This document shows, piece by piece, positions 25,896-33,611 of a stretch of DNA of 49,607 nucleotides. Position 1 is the first letter of the stretch. The number at the start of each line of letters is the position of its first letter. This DNA is from a virus: the IMG/VR virus record IMGVR_UViG_3300020202_000017, one strand, 5' to 3'. The notes under the pieces were generated by a model that saw only the letters and a list, made by a program, of their open reading frames with translations, was not told where the DNA came from and made no database searches. A program made the position numbers and the translations under genes.

Positions 25896-26333
25896 GTGGA
25901 CCGTGACGAACTCCTCCGCCTAGCCGACCAAGCAGCCGCCCTAGCCCTGGAGAACGAGAAAACAGCGGCCATGCTGCGCCGCCAGGAAGCCCGATTCCGA
26001 GAGATGGCGGAGGAGGTCACGCGCGAAAGAGTATTGCACAACCGTTTACAACCGTCTACAGTAAACGGCAACATGCACTCTGCCCAGCGCTTGGCCATCT
26101 CCGCGGGCGTATCCGGGGATGACGCCTTTCTACAGACCATCCGCTCCGCCAAGCCAAAGGGGTACACCCAGAACGCCCTGGCCACGGCCATAGGCGTTAG
26201 CGACGGCCTTCTAAGCCTCTACCGCCATGGTAAGCGAAAAATCCCCCTGAAACGCGCCAAGCGCATCGAGAAACTTACGGGCTGGCCCGCAGACGCCGAG
26301 CACTGGCCCGGCGGCATCGTCGATATCGAGTAG
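25896..26333 (+). CDS. XRE/Cro-C1-type HTH regulator, 145 aa (alternative start ATG 26073 gives 86 aa)
   Basis: C-terminal HTH YTQNALATAIGVSDGLLSLYRHGKRKIPLKRAKRIEKLTG. It is divergent from the leftward operon. The inverted repeat at 26042-26068 lies just upstream of the alternative start. Confidence 0.65.
   Translation: MDRDELLRLADQAAALALENEKTAAMLRRQEARFREMAEEVTRERVLHNRLQPSTVNGNMHSAQRLAISAGVSGDDAFLQTIRSAKPKGYTQNALATAIGVSDGLLSLYRHGKRKIPLKRAKRIEKLTGWPADAEHWPGGIVDIE
26042..26068. promoter_or_regulatory. Operator-like inverted repeat CCGTTTAC-N11-GTAAACGG
   Basis: Perfect 8-nt arms at 26042-26049 and 26061-26068. The same half-site recurs at 26381-26404. Confidence 0.45.
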
Positions 26334-26371
26334 CTGTCCGACGGGCTATGTCGATTTTTGAAGAAAGAGCG

Positions 26372-26404
26372 TTGACACCTGTAAACACTTACTCTACCGT
26401 TTAC
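26372..26404 (+). promoter_or_regulatory. Candidate early promoter (TTGACA-17-TACCGT) overlapped by the inverted repeat GTAAAC-N12-GTTTAC
   Basis: -35 TTGACA at 26372-26377 and -10 TACCGT at 26395-26400 (TAnnnT). The ATG of the next ORF is at 26407, which suggests a leaderless or near-leaderless transcript. Half-sites at 26381-26386 and 26399-26404. Confidence 0.45.
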
Positions 26405-26406
26405 TC

Positions 26407-26652
26407 ATGCTCGAACTTCAAAGCTGGCACGACATGAGCGAGGCCGAGTACGAGTACCGGCTGGAGGACGCCCCGGCCAACCCCCGCTGCCACTGGTGCG
26501 GCCTGGCTGTCGCGGAGACAGACCCCCAGGTACGGGAGACCCAGCAGGGGGTGTCCTGGGTGTTCCATGCGGAGTGCTTTGAGAGCCACGCGGACCGGAC
26601 CCCGACGTCCGTTCGGGAGACCCGGGTGACTCGAATAGTGGAGGTGAAGTGA
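26407..26652 (+). CDS. Hypothetical Cys/His protein, 81 aa
   Basis: First ORF after the candidate promoter. CHWCG .. HAECFESH. Alternative start ATG 26434. Confidence 0.5.
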   Translation: MLELQSWHDMSEAEYEYRLEDAPANPRCHWCGLAVAETDPQVRETQQGVSWVFHAECFESHADRTPTSVRETRVTRIVEVK

Positions 26653-26653
26653 C

Positions 26654-26878
26654 ATGGCCTGCAATGGCTTCGAGGAGACGGTAGACGGGCGTCTGGTGTT
26701 TTGGTTCGTTGGCTACGGCGACGAGTCGACCGGCTGGTGCGTTGACGAGCGGCGCGGAGGAAAGCTGGTTCGCATCCTGTCAGGCATCCGCTCATACGAG
26801 GACGCCGTGAAGAGCGGGCGTGGGTATTACAGCCAGCTTCGCGCCTCCCTCCCTACCCAGAAGGGAGCCCGCCGATGA
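26654..26878 (+). CDS. Hypothetical protein, 74 aa
   Basis: GGAGGTGAAG RBS. ATG lies 2 nt after the upstream stop. Confidence 0.6.
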   Translation: MACNGFEETVDGRLVFWFVGYGDESTGWCVDERRGGKLVRILSGIRSYEDAVKSGRGYYSQLRASLPTQKGARR

Positions 26879-27036
26879 ACACGCTGCTGGACATCGAAGA
26901 ATTTCCAAGGTGCCCCGTGTGCCGTGGCCGGGAGGCCCATGCCAGCGAGATGATCGACATCTCGAAGGCCATTACGACGCCGGAACTGCGACCCGCCCAC
27001 CCGGTGCTCGTTTGCCGTGAGTGCGCCAATGGTTAG
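26875..27036 (+). CDS. Zinc-ribbon miniprotein, 53 aa (not in the ORF track)
   Basis: ATGA overlap with the upstream stop. Translated by hand: MNTLLDIEEFPRCPVCRGREAH..VLVCRECANG. Two CxxC pairs. Confidence 0.5.
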   Translation: MNTLLDIEEFPRCPVCRGREAHASEMIDISKAITTPELRPAHPVLVCRECANG

Positions 27037-27331
27037 CGAGTGCGATGTCCACGAGGAGGGCTGCGGGGACTGCCGGCGCTGCAAGGGCGGCGGAACGAAT
27101 TGCGACCACGCTCCGAACTACGCCTGTGACTGCCCTCCGTGCCCGGCTTGTAAGGGTGACGGGACGTGCCAGCAATGCGAGGCGTGGCAGGACGCGCAAG
27201 CGCGCTACTGGGGCTGGTACTTCGGCGCGGAGATTCAGCGCGCCGCCCAGCAGGCCCGCGACGAGCGCGAGGACTACGGCCGTGAGCTGACCGGCAACGA
27301 GCGGATGAGCGAAGCCAGGAGGCTCAAGTGA
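27029..27331 (+). CDS. Cys-rich protein with two DnaJ-type CxxCxGxG zinc-finger repeats, 100 aa
   Basis: CRRCKGGG and CPACKGDG plus additional Cys pairs. The alternative GTG start at 27017 is the one in the track. Confidence 0.55.
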   Translation: MVSECDVHEEGCGDCRRCKGGGTNCDHAPNYACDCPPCPACKGDGTCQQCEAWQDAQARYWGWYFGAEIQRAAQQARDEREDYGRELTGNERMSEARRLK

Positions 27332-27531
27332 TGACCGGAGACGATCGAACGGACTACCTCGCGGCGGTCACGGATGCGGATGTCGGCCCGGCGACGGGAG
27401 GCGAGGACGGGTGGCAGTTCATCGTCGACGAGGCAACAGGCGTCGTCTACACGGCGAACCTGTTCGTTGGGCAGGACATCCCGAGACTGGAGATTGCCGC
27501 GCTCATCGACGCCGGGGAGTTGCCGCTATGA
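27328..27531 (+). CDS. Hypothetical acidic protein, 67 aa
   Basis: AGGAGG RBS. GTGA overlap (or ATG at 27331). Confidence 0.6.
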   Translation: MMTGDDRTDYLAAVTDADVGPATGGEDGWQFIVDEATGVVYTANLFVGQDIPRLEIAALIDAGELPL

Positions 27532-27773
27532 GCGTCGCCATGGTGGACAAGCCAGCTACCTGTCAGGAGTGCGGACAGCCCTACGAGACAGAGCGAGAGA
27601 AGATCAACCGGGAGTACGCGGTAATCCCCTTCCTCCTCGATGCCTTGGTTAAGGGGCTGAGGGTGAGAGAGGGGCAGCAGTTGACCGAGGGGTTGATTCA
27701 GGAGAGGGCGGCGAACCTCTGCCTCGGCTTGCTCGGGGCTTTCGAAATCAAGAGACGGGAGGACGGGAAATGA
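27528..27773 (+). CDS. Hypothetical protein, 81 aa
   Basis: ATGA-coupled internal start of track ORF 27411..27773. One CxxC. Confidence 0.55.
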   Translation: MSVAMVDKPATCQECGQPYETEREKINREYAVIPFLLDALVKGLRVREGQQLTEGLIQERAANLCLGLLGAFEIKRREDGK

Positions 27774-28957
27774 GCACGGCACTGGTACTGCACGGGGGGG
27801 AATTCACCCGGGACCAAATCGACCTCATCAAGCGGACGATTGCCACGGGGGCAACGGACGACGAGCTGGCGTTGTTCGTCCAGGCCGCTCAGAGGCTTCG
27901 CTTGGACCCCTTCGCCCGCCAGGTCTTCGCCGTCAAGCGGTGGAGCCGGGACGCGGGTAGGGAGGTAATGAGTATCCAGGTCAGTATTGACGGATTTCGG
28001 CTCGTTGCCGAGCGAACCGGGAAGTACGCGGGGCAGCTTGGCCCATTCTGGACCTCCGACGGCAAAGAGTGGACTGAGGTCTGGCTTAGCTCGACTCCAC
28101 CCGCCGCCGCGAAGGTTGCCGTCTTGCGACACGACTTCAAAGAGCCCGTTTGGGCGGTGGCAACATGGGAGCAGTACAAGCAGGAGGGGAAGAACGGCCT
28201 CTCTCCCATGTGGAAAAAGATGGGCCCCCTCATGCTGGCGAAGTGCGCCGAGAGCCTTGCCCTTCGCAGGGCATTCCCTAACGAGCTCTCCGGCGTTTAC
28301 AGCCCGGAGGAGATGGCTCAGGCCACCACGGTCGAGGTGGTGTCCGAAAGCCCCGCAAACGACGATTTGGAGCGTCTGAGGGCCACGGTAAACCAGGAGC
28401 CGCCAAGGCGGAACCCGGGGGAGGTAATTGACGGCCCGGCCAAGAAGCTCACCGCCGCCGACATCCCCCACGAAGGCGTCCCGCTGTCGGATGGGCAGCT
28501 CAAGAAGATTCACATCCTTCGAAAGGAGTGCGGGGGGGTGTTCACGGGAGAGGACGACAACCCGGATAGCTTCTGGCGGGTGAAGGTCCTCCGGGTCTAC
28601 CGGAACCAGAAAGGGGAGCGGCTCACGTCCTCGACGCAGCTCTCAAAGAACCAGGCATCTCACCTCATCGACAGGTTGGAGGCCCATAAGGCGAAGGTGA
28701 CGGCTCGAGCCAACGAGCCCGTGGGCGTGTCGCCAATCACCGGAGAGGACCCGGTGGCGAGGCTGGTGGAGGCCATCGCGGCAACGGGAGACGAGGAGCA
28801 ACTCACGGAGGAGATTTGCGACACCCTGCGAATCATGCAGGTGGGCGACATCTCGACGCCGGAGAGGGCCTCGGCAGCGTTCGCCCTCATAGCTGCCTGG
28901 AAGACCCCGGCCTACGAGAGGGAGAAGGCGCGAATCATCGGGAGGCTTGACCCATGA
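27770..28957 (+). CDS. recT: RecT/Bet-family single-strand annealing protein with a ~190-aa C-terminal extension
   Basis: ATGA-coupled. ..DELALFVQAAQRLRLDPFARQVFAV..SIQVSIDGFRLVAERTGKYAG..MLAKCAESLALRRAFP.. is the typical RecT core. Confidence 0.8.
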   Translation: MSTALVLHGGEFTRDQIDLIKRTIATGATDDELALFVQAAQRLRLDPFARQVFAVKRWSRDAGREVMSIQVSIDGFRLVAERTGKYAGQLGPFWTSDGKEWTEVWLSSTPPAAAKVAVLRHDFKEPVWAVATWEQYKQEGKNGLSPMWKKMGPLMLAKCAESLALRRAFPNELSGVYSPEEMAQATTVEVVSESPANDDLERLRATVNQEPPRRNPGEVIDGPAKKLTAADIPHEGVPLSDGQLKKIHILRKECGGVFTGEDDNPDSFWRVKVLRVYRNQKGERLTSSTQLSKNQASHLIDRLEAHKAKVTARANEPVGVSPITGEDPVARLVEAIAATGDEEQLTEEICDTLRIMQVGDISTPERASAAFALIAAWKTPAYEREKARIIGRLDP

Positions 28958-29017
28958 GCGAGTTCGAACTGTCCGCCGAGCGTAGCGAGGCACCCCCAAT
29001 GCTTTCGGAGCCCTCCC

Positions 29018-29362
29018 ATGGGTAGCCCCTCAGAAGAAAGGACAGGGATGGACGAGGAAGAGGTGATGGACAGGTCCGAGATGACGCCGCAGCAGCTCGC
29101 GGAAGCCATCGAGTTCTTCGGGTGCATCGACGTCACCGACGAGGAGAGCGACTGCAAGCCGCCGCTCGGTGACGCCGTGATCGAATGGGGCGACGAAGGC
29201 CACAGCGGGCCTGGCTGGTACATCTACTGCAACGAGTACCCGGAGGAGGGCGCGACCTTCATCAGCCCGAACGAGGAGCCGTTCCCGGAGCTGGCCGCCG
29301 CGCTGAAGGCCCAGGAGGAGCGCGACGGGGACATGCAGCCAGCCCTGGAGCCCCAGCCATGA
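29018..29362 (+). CDS. Highly acidic protein, 114 aa (DNA-mimic/anti-restriction candidate)
   Basis: Hand count: 30 Asp+Glu against 5 Lys+Arg. No recognisable motif. Confidence 0.5.
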   Translation: MGSPSEERTGMDEEEVMDRSEMTPQQLAEAIEFFGCIDVTDEESDCKPPLGDAVIEWGDEGHSGPGWYIYCNEYPEEGATFISPNEEPFPELAAALKAQEERDGDMQPALEPQP

Positions 29363-29775
29363 CCCCTCCCGTCCCCTCGGCCGAGGGCATCGCCCGAGCC
29401 TTCCACGAAGCCTACGAGCGCCTCGCGCCCAGTTTCGGCTGGACGACCAGCGCTACGACGGCTGTCCCGTGGGAGCGGGTCCCGGAGGCGAATCGGCGGC
29501 TGATGGTTGCCGTCGTCAGGGAAGTTCTCGGCCCATTCCCGGAGGAGACCGCGCGGGCTCACTGCGGCGGCTGCTACGCCGACCTCGGAGCCATTCAGGG
29601 CGCGACGCGGGACGAAATCGAAGCGTGGATGCTGGCGACTGTTGAGGCGCACCGCCCGGTGTGTCCCGGGCCGCCACTTTGCCCAGCCTGCAAGAGGCCC
29701 GTCCGCGAGCACACCCAGGACGAGGCCACGAGGGCCGTCTATTGCCCGCCAGCGGGCACGGAGACCCAACCATGA
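29359..29775 (+). CDS. Hypothetical protein, 138 aa, N-terminal RyR-like helix pair plus a C-terminal Cys cluster
   Basis: ATGA-coupled internal start of track ORF 29185..29775. ..IARAFHEAYERLAPSFGW..VPWERVPEANRRLMVAVVREVL.. vaguely resembles bacterial RyR domains. Confidence 0.45.
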   Translation: MTPPVPSAEGIARAFHEAYERLAPSFGWTTSATTAVPWERVPEANRRLMVAVVREVLGPFPEETARAHCGGCYADLGAIQGATRDEIEAWMLATVEAHRPVCPGPPLCPACKRPVREHTQDEATRAVYCPPAGTETQP

Positions 29776-30074
29776 CCAAGCCAGGCGTCCCCTCTGTGGG
29801 GGAGGCGGTGGGGGCGATGGCCGATGCCCTTCGGAAGCTGGCGGCACGTAAGTGCGTCTGGTGCAACGGCAATCGACCTTGGCCATCCGACGCTCCGCCG
29901 GGAGGCTGCGCCCACGACATCGCCCGCGCCGCTCTCCGCTCCTTCGAGGAGGCCCGAAGGGTGCCTCTACGGGAGAACCAGGCGTTTGCGGATTCGCTGT
30001 TCAACAGCGGAGTCGAGGTGTCCAGGCTTCTGCTCGACGCCGTCGAGCGCGCCCTGTTTGGAGATGCCAAATGA
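29772..30074 (+). CDS. Hypothetical protein, 100 aa
   Basis: ATGA-coupled internal start of track ORF 29661..30074. CVWC..C..H. Confidence 0.5.
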   Translation: MTKPGVPSVGEAVGAMADALRKLAARKCVWCNGNRPWPSDAPPGGCAHDIARAALRSFEEARRVPLRENQAFADSLFNSGVEVSRLLLDAVERALFGDAK

Positions 30075-30718
30075 GTGACCCGGTTAAGGTCCCGCTGGCG
30101 AACGGGAAGGGGTTCGCGCTGGTGTCAGCCGGGCGGGCGGCCGAGGTGCTTAAGCACCGATGGCACCTGCTAACGACCAGCCAGAAATATCGGTACAGCC
30201 AGTACGCCAGGAGAACCGTCAGGCGAGGCGGAAAAGCCAAGACGGTGCTGTTGCATCGCTTCGTGGCTGAGCTGATGGGGATGGACCTGTCGGCCCAGGT
30301 AGACCATCGGAACGGCGACGGCCTCGACTGCACGGATGGCAATCTGCGCCCAGCCACATGCGCGGACAACGCCCACAACATCCGCCAGCGACGGCAGTGG
30401 GCGTCGAGATTCCGTGGCGTGCGCTATTACGGCGGATACGGAAGGAGAAAGCGCTGGCAAGCGTGCATAACGGTCAATAGGCGCCGAATCTGCCTCGGCT
30501 ACTACGCCACAGAGGAAGAGGCGGCCCGCGCGTACGACGCAGCCGCGATAAAGCACCACGGAGAATTCGCCGGCACGAACTTCGGCTCCCCCTCTCCTAG
30601 CGAGACGCCTGTTGTAGCCGCAGAGACTTCTATGTCTGCCGACGCGGAAAAACTCACGCGCGAAATACAGGGCACCGTCGATTCTGACGCAACGACCCTC
30701 AGCGGGGGTGAGAAGTGA
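30071..30718 (+). CDS. HNH endonuclease fused to an AP2 DNA-binding domain (homing-endonuclease type)
   Basis: ATGA-coupled. HNH: VDHRNGDGLDCTDGNLRPATCADNAHN. AP2: SRFRGVRYYG..WQACITVNRRRICLGYYATEEEAARAYDAAAIKHHGEFAGTNF. Confidence 0.8.
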   Translation: MSDPVKVPLANGKGFALVSAGRAAEVLKHRWHLLTTSQKYRYSQYARRTVRRGGKAKTVLLHRFVAELMGMDLSAQVDHRNGDGLDCTDGNLRPATCADNAHNIRQRRQWASRFRGVRYYGGYGRRKRWQACITVNRRRICLGYYATEEEAARAYDAAAIKHHGEFAGTNFGSPSPSETPVVAAETSMSADAEKLTREIQGTVDSDATTLSGGEK

Positions 30719-31038
30719 GCCGGCGCCGATGCCTCACCTGTTGGCGCAAGCCTGGCGATACGCCGTTCTGCGGGCCGTGCGGGAAGAGCTTCGTCCGCGC
30801 GACGTCAGGCCGGGTCGTCCTCTTGACGGACGCGGTGAAGTGGGCGGTGCGGCGAGCGTTCGCAATGCAAGAGCGCTGGTTAGAGCGCCAGGAAGTCAGG
30901 GCGAGACCACCGGAGTATGACGGAGACGCCTGTGATGCGTGCAGCGCCGAGGCGGATATCTTCTTCTCCGACGGGCGTCGCTTCTGTCGCCAGCACGCAC
31001 CAGCCCGCGAGACGGCCCCAGGGGAGGAGGACAAATGA
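30715..31038 (+). CDS. Zinc-ribbon protein, 107 aa
   Basis: GTGA-coupled. CLTC..CGPC and CDAC..CRQH. Confidence 0.55.
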   Translation: MSRRRCLTCWRKPGDTPFCGPCGKSFVRATSGRVVLLTDAVKWAVRRAFAMQERWLERQEVRARPPEYDGDACDACSAEADIFFSDGRRFCRQHAPARETAPGEEDK

Positions 31039-31472
31039 AACGCTGGTGGGTCCGCTGGTACGGCAACGCGGACGTGAGTTTCGAGTATCACGGGCCGTGG
31101 TGGCAGAGCGGCGAGGCGTTCGGTGTGGACGCCGAGGGTAACGAGCTGAGCGTTCCGATCTTCGTGGCCGCGGTCGTCGCGGAAGACCACAGAGGCGCCG
31201 AGCATGTCATCGAACGCGCGTACGGCTGGGACCACGCGGGCGGCATTCGGGAATGGAGCTTCGTCGGCGAGCGACCCGACGACTGGGAGCCGTTCTGCGA
31301 CCGCTTCCCCCGTGCCGACTGGATGAGGTGGCTGCCGCCCGTGACAACCGGTCACTGCGAGCCATGCGGCGGGACGGGCATCCTCGCTCGCTTCCCGAAA
31401 GGCACGTGTGCCGACTGCAAGGGCACCGGTCGCGCCACCCCCTCCGAGCCCAAGAGAGAGGAGGGGCCGTAG
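31035..31472 (+). CDS. Protein with C-terminal DnaJ-type CxxCxGxG repeats, 145 aa
   Basis: ATGA-coupled with a GGAGGAGG RBS. CEPCGGTG and CADCKGTG. Confidence 0.55.
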   Translation: MKRWWVRWYGNADVSFEYHGPWWQSGEAFGVDAEGNELSVPIFVAAVVAEDHRGAEHVIERAYGWDHAGGIREWSFVGERPDDWEPFCDRFPRADWMRWLPPVTTGHCEPCGGTGILARFPKGTCADCKGTGRATPSEPKREEGP

Positions 31473-31670
31473 ATGGACCCGATTCCGATGCTGCTGTGGT
31501 GCCCGGAATGCGGGACGCGTCACATCGATGAAGGGGAGTTCGCGGCGAAGCCGCACCACACACACGCGTGTCAGGGCTGCGGGATGGTCTGGCGCCCGGC
31601 GCTGGTGCCGACGTGCGGCGTCCAGTTCTTGCCGGGATTCAAGAACACGGAGGTGGCCAATGGGCAGTGA
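31473..31670 (+). CDS. Zinc-ribbon miniprotein, 65 aa
   Basis: ATG directly follows the upstream TAG. CPEC..x20..CQGC. Confidence 0.55.
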   Translation: MDPIPMLLWCPECGTRHIDEGEFAAKPHHTHACQGCGMVWRPALVPTCGVQFLPGFKNTEVANGQ

Positions 31671-31938
31671 GCCCAATCACCCCCGCCAGCTAACGACCGT
31701 AGAACTGCTGGACTACGTCGCCCAGGTCGTCGAGGACGCAACAGGGATGTACAGCGGCAGCGCCGCCGCCCTCCGCGCGAGGGCAGAGAGGCTACGGAGG
31801 CTGCTCGCCGAGCACTGGCAACTGGCCAATGAGCGCCAGCAGCGTCACGGCGTGATGCCGGAGCCGTACCTAAACGCGCTCCTGGCTGTCGACGCCCCCG
31901 ACAGCACCCCCACTAGAGGGACAGGGGGTGAGGGGTGA
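31660..31938 (+). CDS. Hypothetical protein, 92 aa
   Basis: Internal ATG of track ORF 31408..31938 (the upstream part is Arg-rich shadow sequence). 11-nt overlap with the preceding ORF. Confidence 0.45.
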   Translation: MGSEPNHPRQLTTVELLDYVAQVVEDATGMYSGSAAALRARAERLRRLLAEHWQLANERQQRHGVMPEPYLNALLAVDAPDSTPTRGTGGEG

Positions 31939-32288
31939 GCCTCGTCGAGTACTTCGAGCAGTGGGAGCGCCAGTGGCGAACGGAGGCCAGGGAGGCGGTG
32001 ACCGAGCGCGCCGTCGGCTACTGGCGCGGGAAGGTAGACGCCATCGAGCAGGTTATCAACGTCCTGAGGCAACCGTCCACGCCGACGCTGACCCGCGAGG
32101 ACGTGGCCGCGTACCTGCTTGATCGAGCGGACCAGTACGACAACAGCAACGGGCGCTGGGTGCCGCTTGCAGACGCCGCTCACGCGCTGATGGAAGGCGC
32201 GGTCGAGGAGGCGCTCGCCCACGGCGAGCTTCAGGAGGAAGACCTGCGGCGACGGGTTCGTGGCTGGGCCAAGAAAGGACCCCGATGA
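31935..32288 (+). CDS. Hypothetical protein, 117 aa
   Basis: GTGA-coupled. Helical and charged. Confidence 0.55.
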   Translation: MSLVEYFEQWERQWRTEAREAVTERAVGYWRGKVDAIEQVINVLRQPSTPTLTREDVAAYLLDRADQYDNSNGRWVPLADAAHALMEGAVEEALAHGELQEEDLRRRVRGWAKKGPR

Positions 32289-33103
32289 CACCCCAGGAGC
32301 GTAACGAGGTACTGGAGGAGGCAGCGCGCATCGCGGATCACAGCGTCGAGATGGCGCACCCGGCGAGCCAGGGCAAGTCGGTCGGGAAGCGAATCGCACG
32401 TCGCATCCGCGCTCTCAAGTCCCAACCCGCCGAACCCGCCCCCGCTCGAATCTGCGCCCGGTGCGGCCATCCCGAGCGAGAACACATGGGTTCGTGCCTC
32501 GCATTTCTCGGGGCCATGGGCAAATGCGGTTGCCACGCCTTTTGTCCCGCCGAAGGACAGCGCGAGCCCGCCCCAGGGGGAGGGGTGACCGTGAGCTACA
32601 CCGACGGCAAATGTCCGTGGCCCCGCGAGGAGTGGAAGCTTGAAGAGACGTGGCCAGGGATGCCGTTCGGGAAGACGATTCTCCGCTACGGACCAGGGTC
32701 GTCCGACTTCGTGCAGTTCCCGAACGAGGAGATGGCGCGAGCTTGCGTTGAGCCGCTAGCCCTCGCTACTCAGCTCTCCGGGGTACGGGCAGAGAACGCG
32801 CGTCTGAAGGAAGAGATCGAGACACTCGTCGCGATGGAGGACGCCCACAAACCGACGTGGGACCGAATGGCGAAGTTGGCCGAAGACGTGATGGAAATCG
32901 ACGGCGTCATCAGAACTAAGTACGACGCCGCGCTCTCCGAGGCCAGAGCAGAGGTGGAACGCCTCAAAGGGGAGGTGGAGAGGCTGCGGGTGGCGCTGAG
33001 CAAGATCGCGTCCCTTGACACGTTCACCTACGGACAGCCGGTCCAAATCGCCAGGTTCGCACTGGACCCGCCCGCTACCCATCCTAAGGGGAGTGGGACG
33101 TGA
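32285..33103 (+). CDS. Hypothetical protein, 272 aa, with a Cys/His cluster and a C-terminal coiled coil
   Basis: ATGA-coupled. CARCGH..C..CGCH. The C-terminus ..ENARLKEEIETL..EVERLKGEVERLRVAL looks like a coiled coil. Confidence 0.6.
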   Translation: MTPQERNEVLEEAARIADHSVEMAHPASQGKSVGKRIARRIRALKSQPAEPAPARICARCGHPEREHMGSCLAFLGAMGKCGCHAFCPAEGQREPAPGGGVTVSYTDGKCPWPREEWKLEETWPGMPFGKTILRYGPGSSDFVQFPNEEMARACVEPLALATQLSGVRAENARLKEEIETLVAMEDAHKPTWDRMAKLAEDVMEIDGVIRTKYDAALSEARAEVERLKGEVERLRVALSKIASLDTFTYGQPVQIARFALDPPATHPKGSGT

Positions 33104-33339
33104 ACACCTGCATCCACGGGCAGCTTGCCCGCTCCTGCAACATCTGCGAGCTGGAGGCCGAGATAGGCCGGCTGGTCCTGGCCCTCAAGTCTGCCGGCGG
33201 GACCTTTCAGGTCAACGGCGTCGACTACTGCGCCTCCTGTCGCTGTCAGGCTGATATCTGCGATCGAACTGGTCTCTCACGTGACCCGGGAGACGCCCGG
33301 TTCTGCGGGGGTGCTGTGGCGAGGGAGGCGGTGAGATGA
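33100..33339 (+). CDS. Cys-rich miniprotein, 79 aa
   Basis: GTGA-coupled. C..H..CNIC and CASCRCQADIC. Confidence 0.5.
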   Translation: MNTCIHGQLARSCNICELEAEIGRLVLALKSAGGTFQVNGVDYCASCRCQADICDRTGLSRDPGDARFCGGAVAREAVR

Positions 33340-33611
33340 AGGCTCATGCGTGGCACGGAGATGGCCAGGAGCTCAAGAGTCACACGGGGGCGACGTGGGC
33401 GTGGTGCGGCAGGCCGCGGGAAGCCGTCGTCAGGCTCCCGGATGGCTCCTCGGTGCGCCGTTTCTTCATCGCGCACGGGATGCCGACAAAAGAAATCATC
33501 CCGCCGAGCCTGGGCCGGCCGCTGCCGGATGCATGCGAGTCCTGCGGACGGGAGACCAAGACGCTGTTCGTGCGCGACGGCGGCGCCGTTTGCCTGGGGT
33601 GCCGGCAATGA
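33336..33611 (+). CDS. Zinc-ribbon miniprotein, 91 aa
   Basis: ATGA-coupled. CESC..x13..CLGC. Confidence 0.5.
   Translation: MKAHAWHGDGQELKSHTGATWAWCGRPREAVVRLPDGSSVRRFFIAHGMPTKEIIPPSLGRPLPDACESCGRETKTLFVRDGGAVCLGCRQ

Noticed and set aside
25874-26191. A 105-aa minus-strand ORF overlapping the XRE regulator gene.
   Set aside because: It is antisense to a gene with a clear HTH. It starts inside the leftward operon's first codons and has Arg/Ser/Ala-rich shadow composition.
26420-26437. A sigma54-like GG-N10-GC element (cTGGCACgacatGAGC).
   Set aside because: Only the minimal GG/GC dinucleotides match and the -12 region lacks TTGC. It also lies inside the first codons of an ORF. The late control region (45802-45876) has TTGCA strings but no upstream TGGCAC.
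28954-29025. A 23-aa ORF (MSEFELSAERSEAPPMLSEPSHG), ATGA-coupled to the RecT stop.
   Set aside because: It is coupled on the upstream side only, is very short, and overlaps the next start by 8 nt. That is not enough support to call it.
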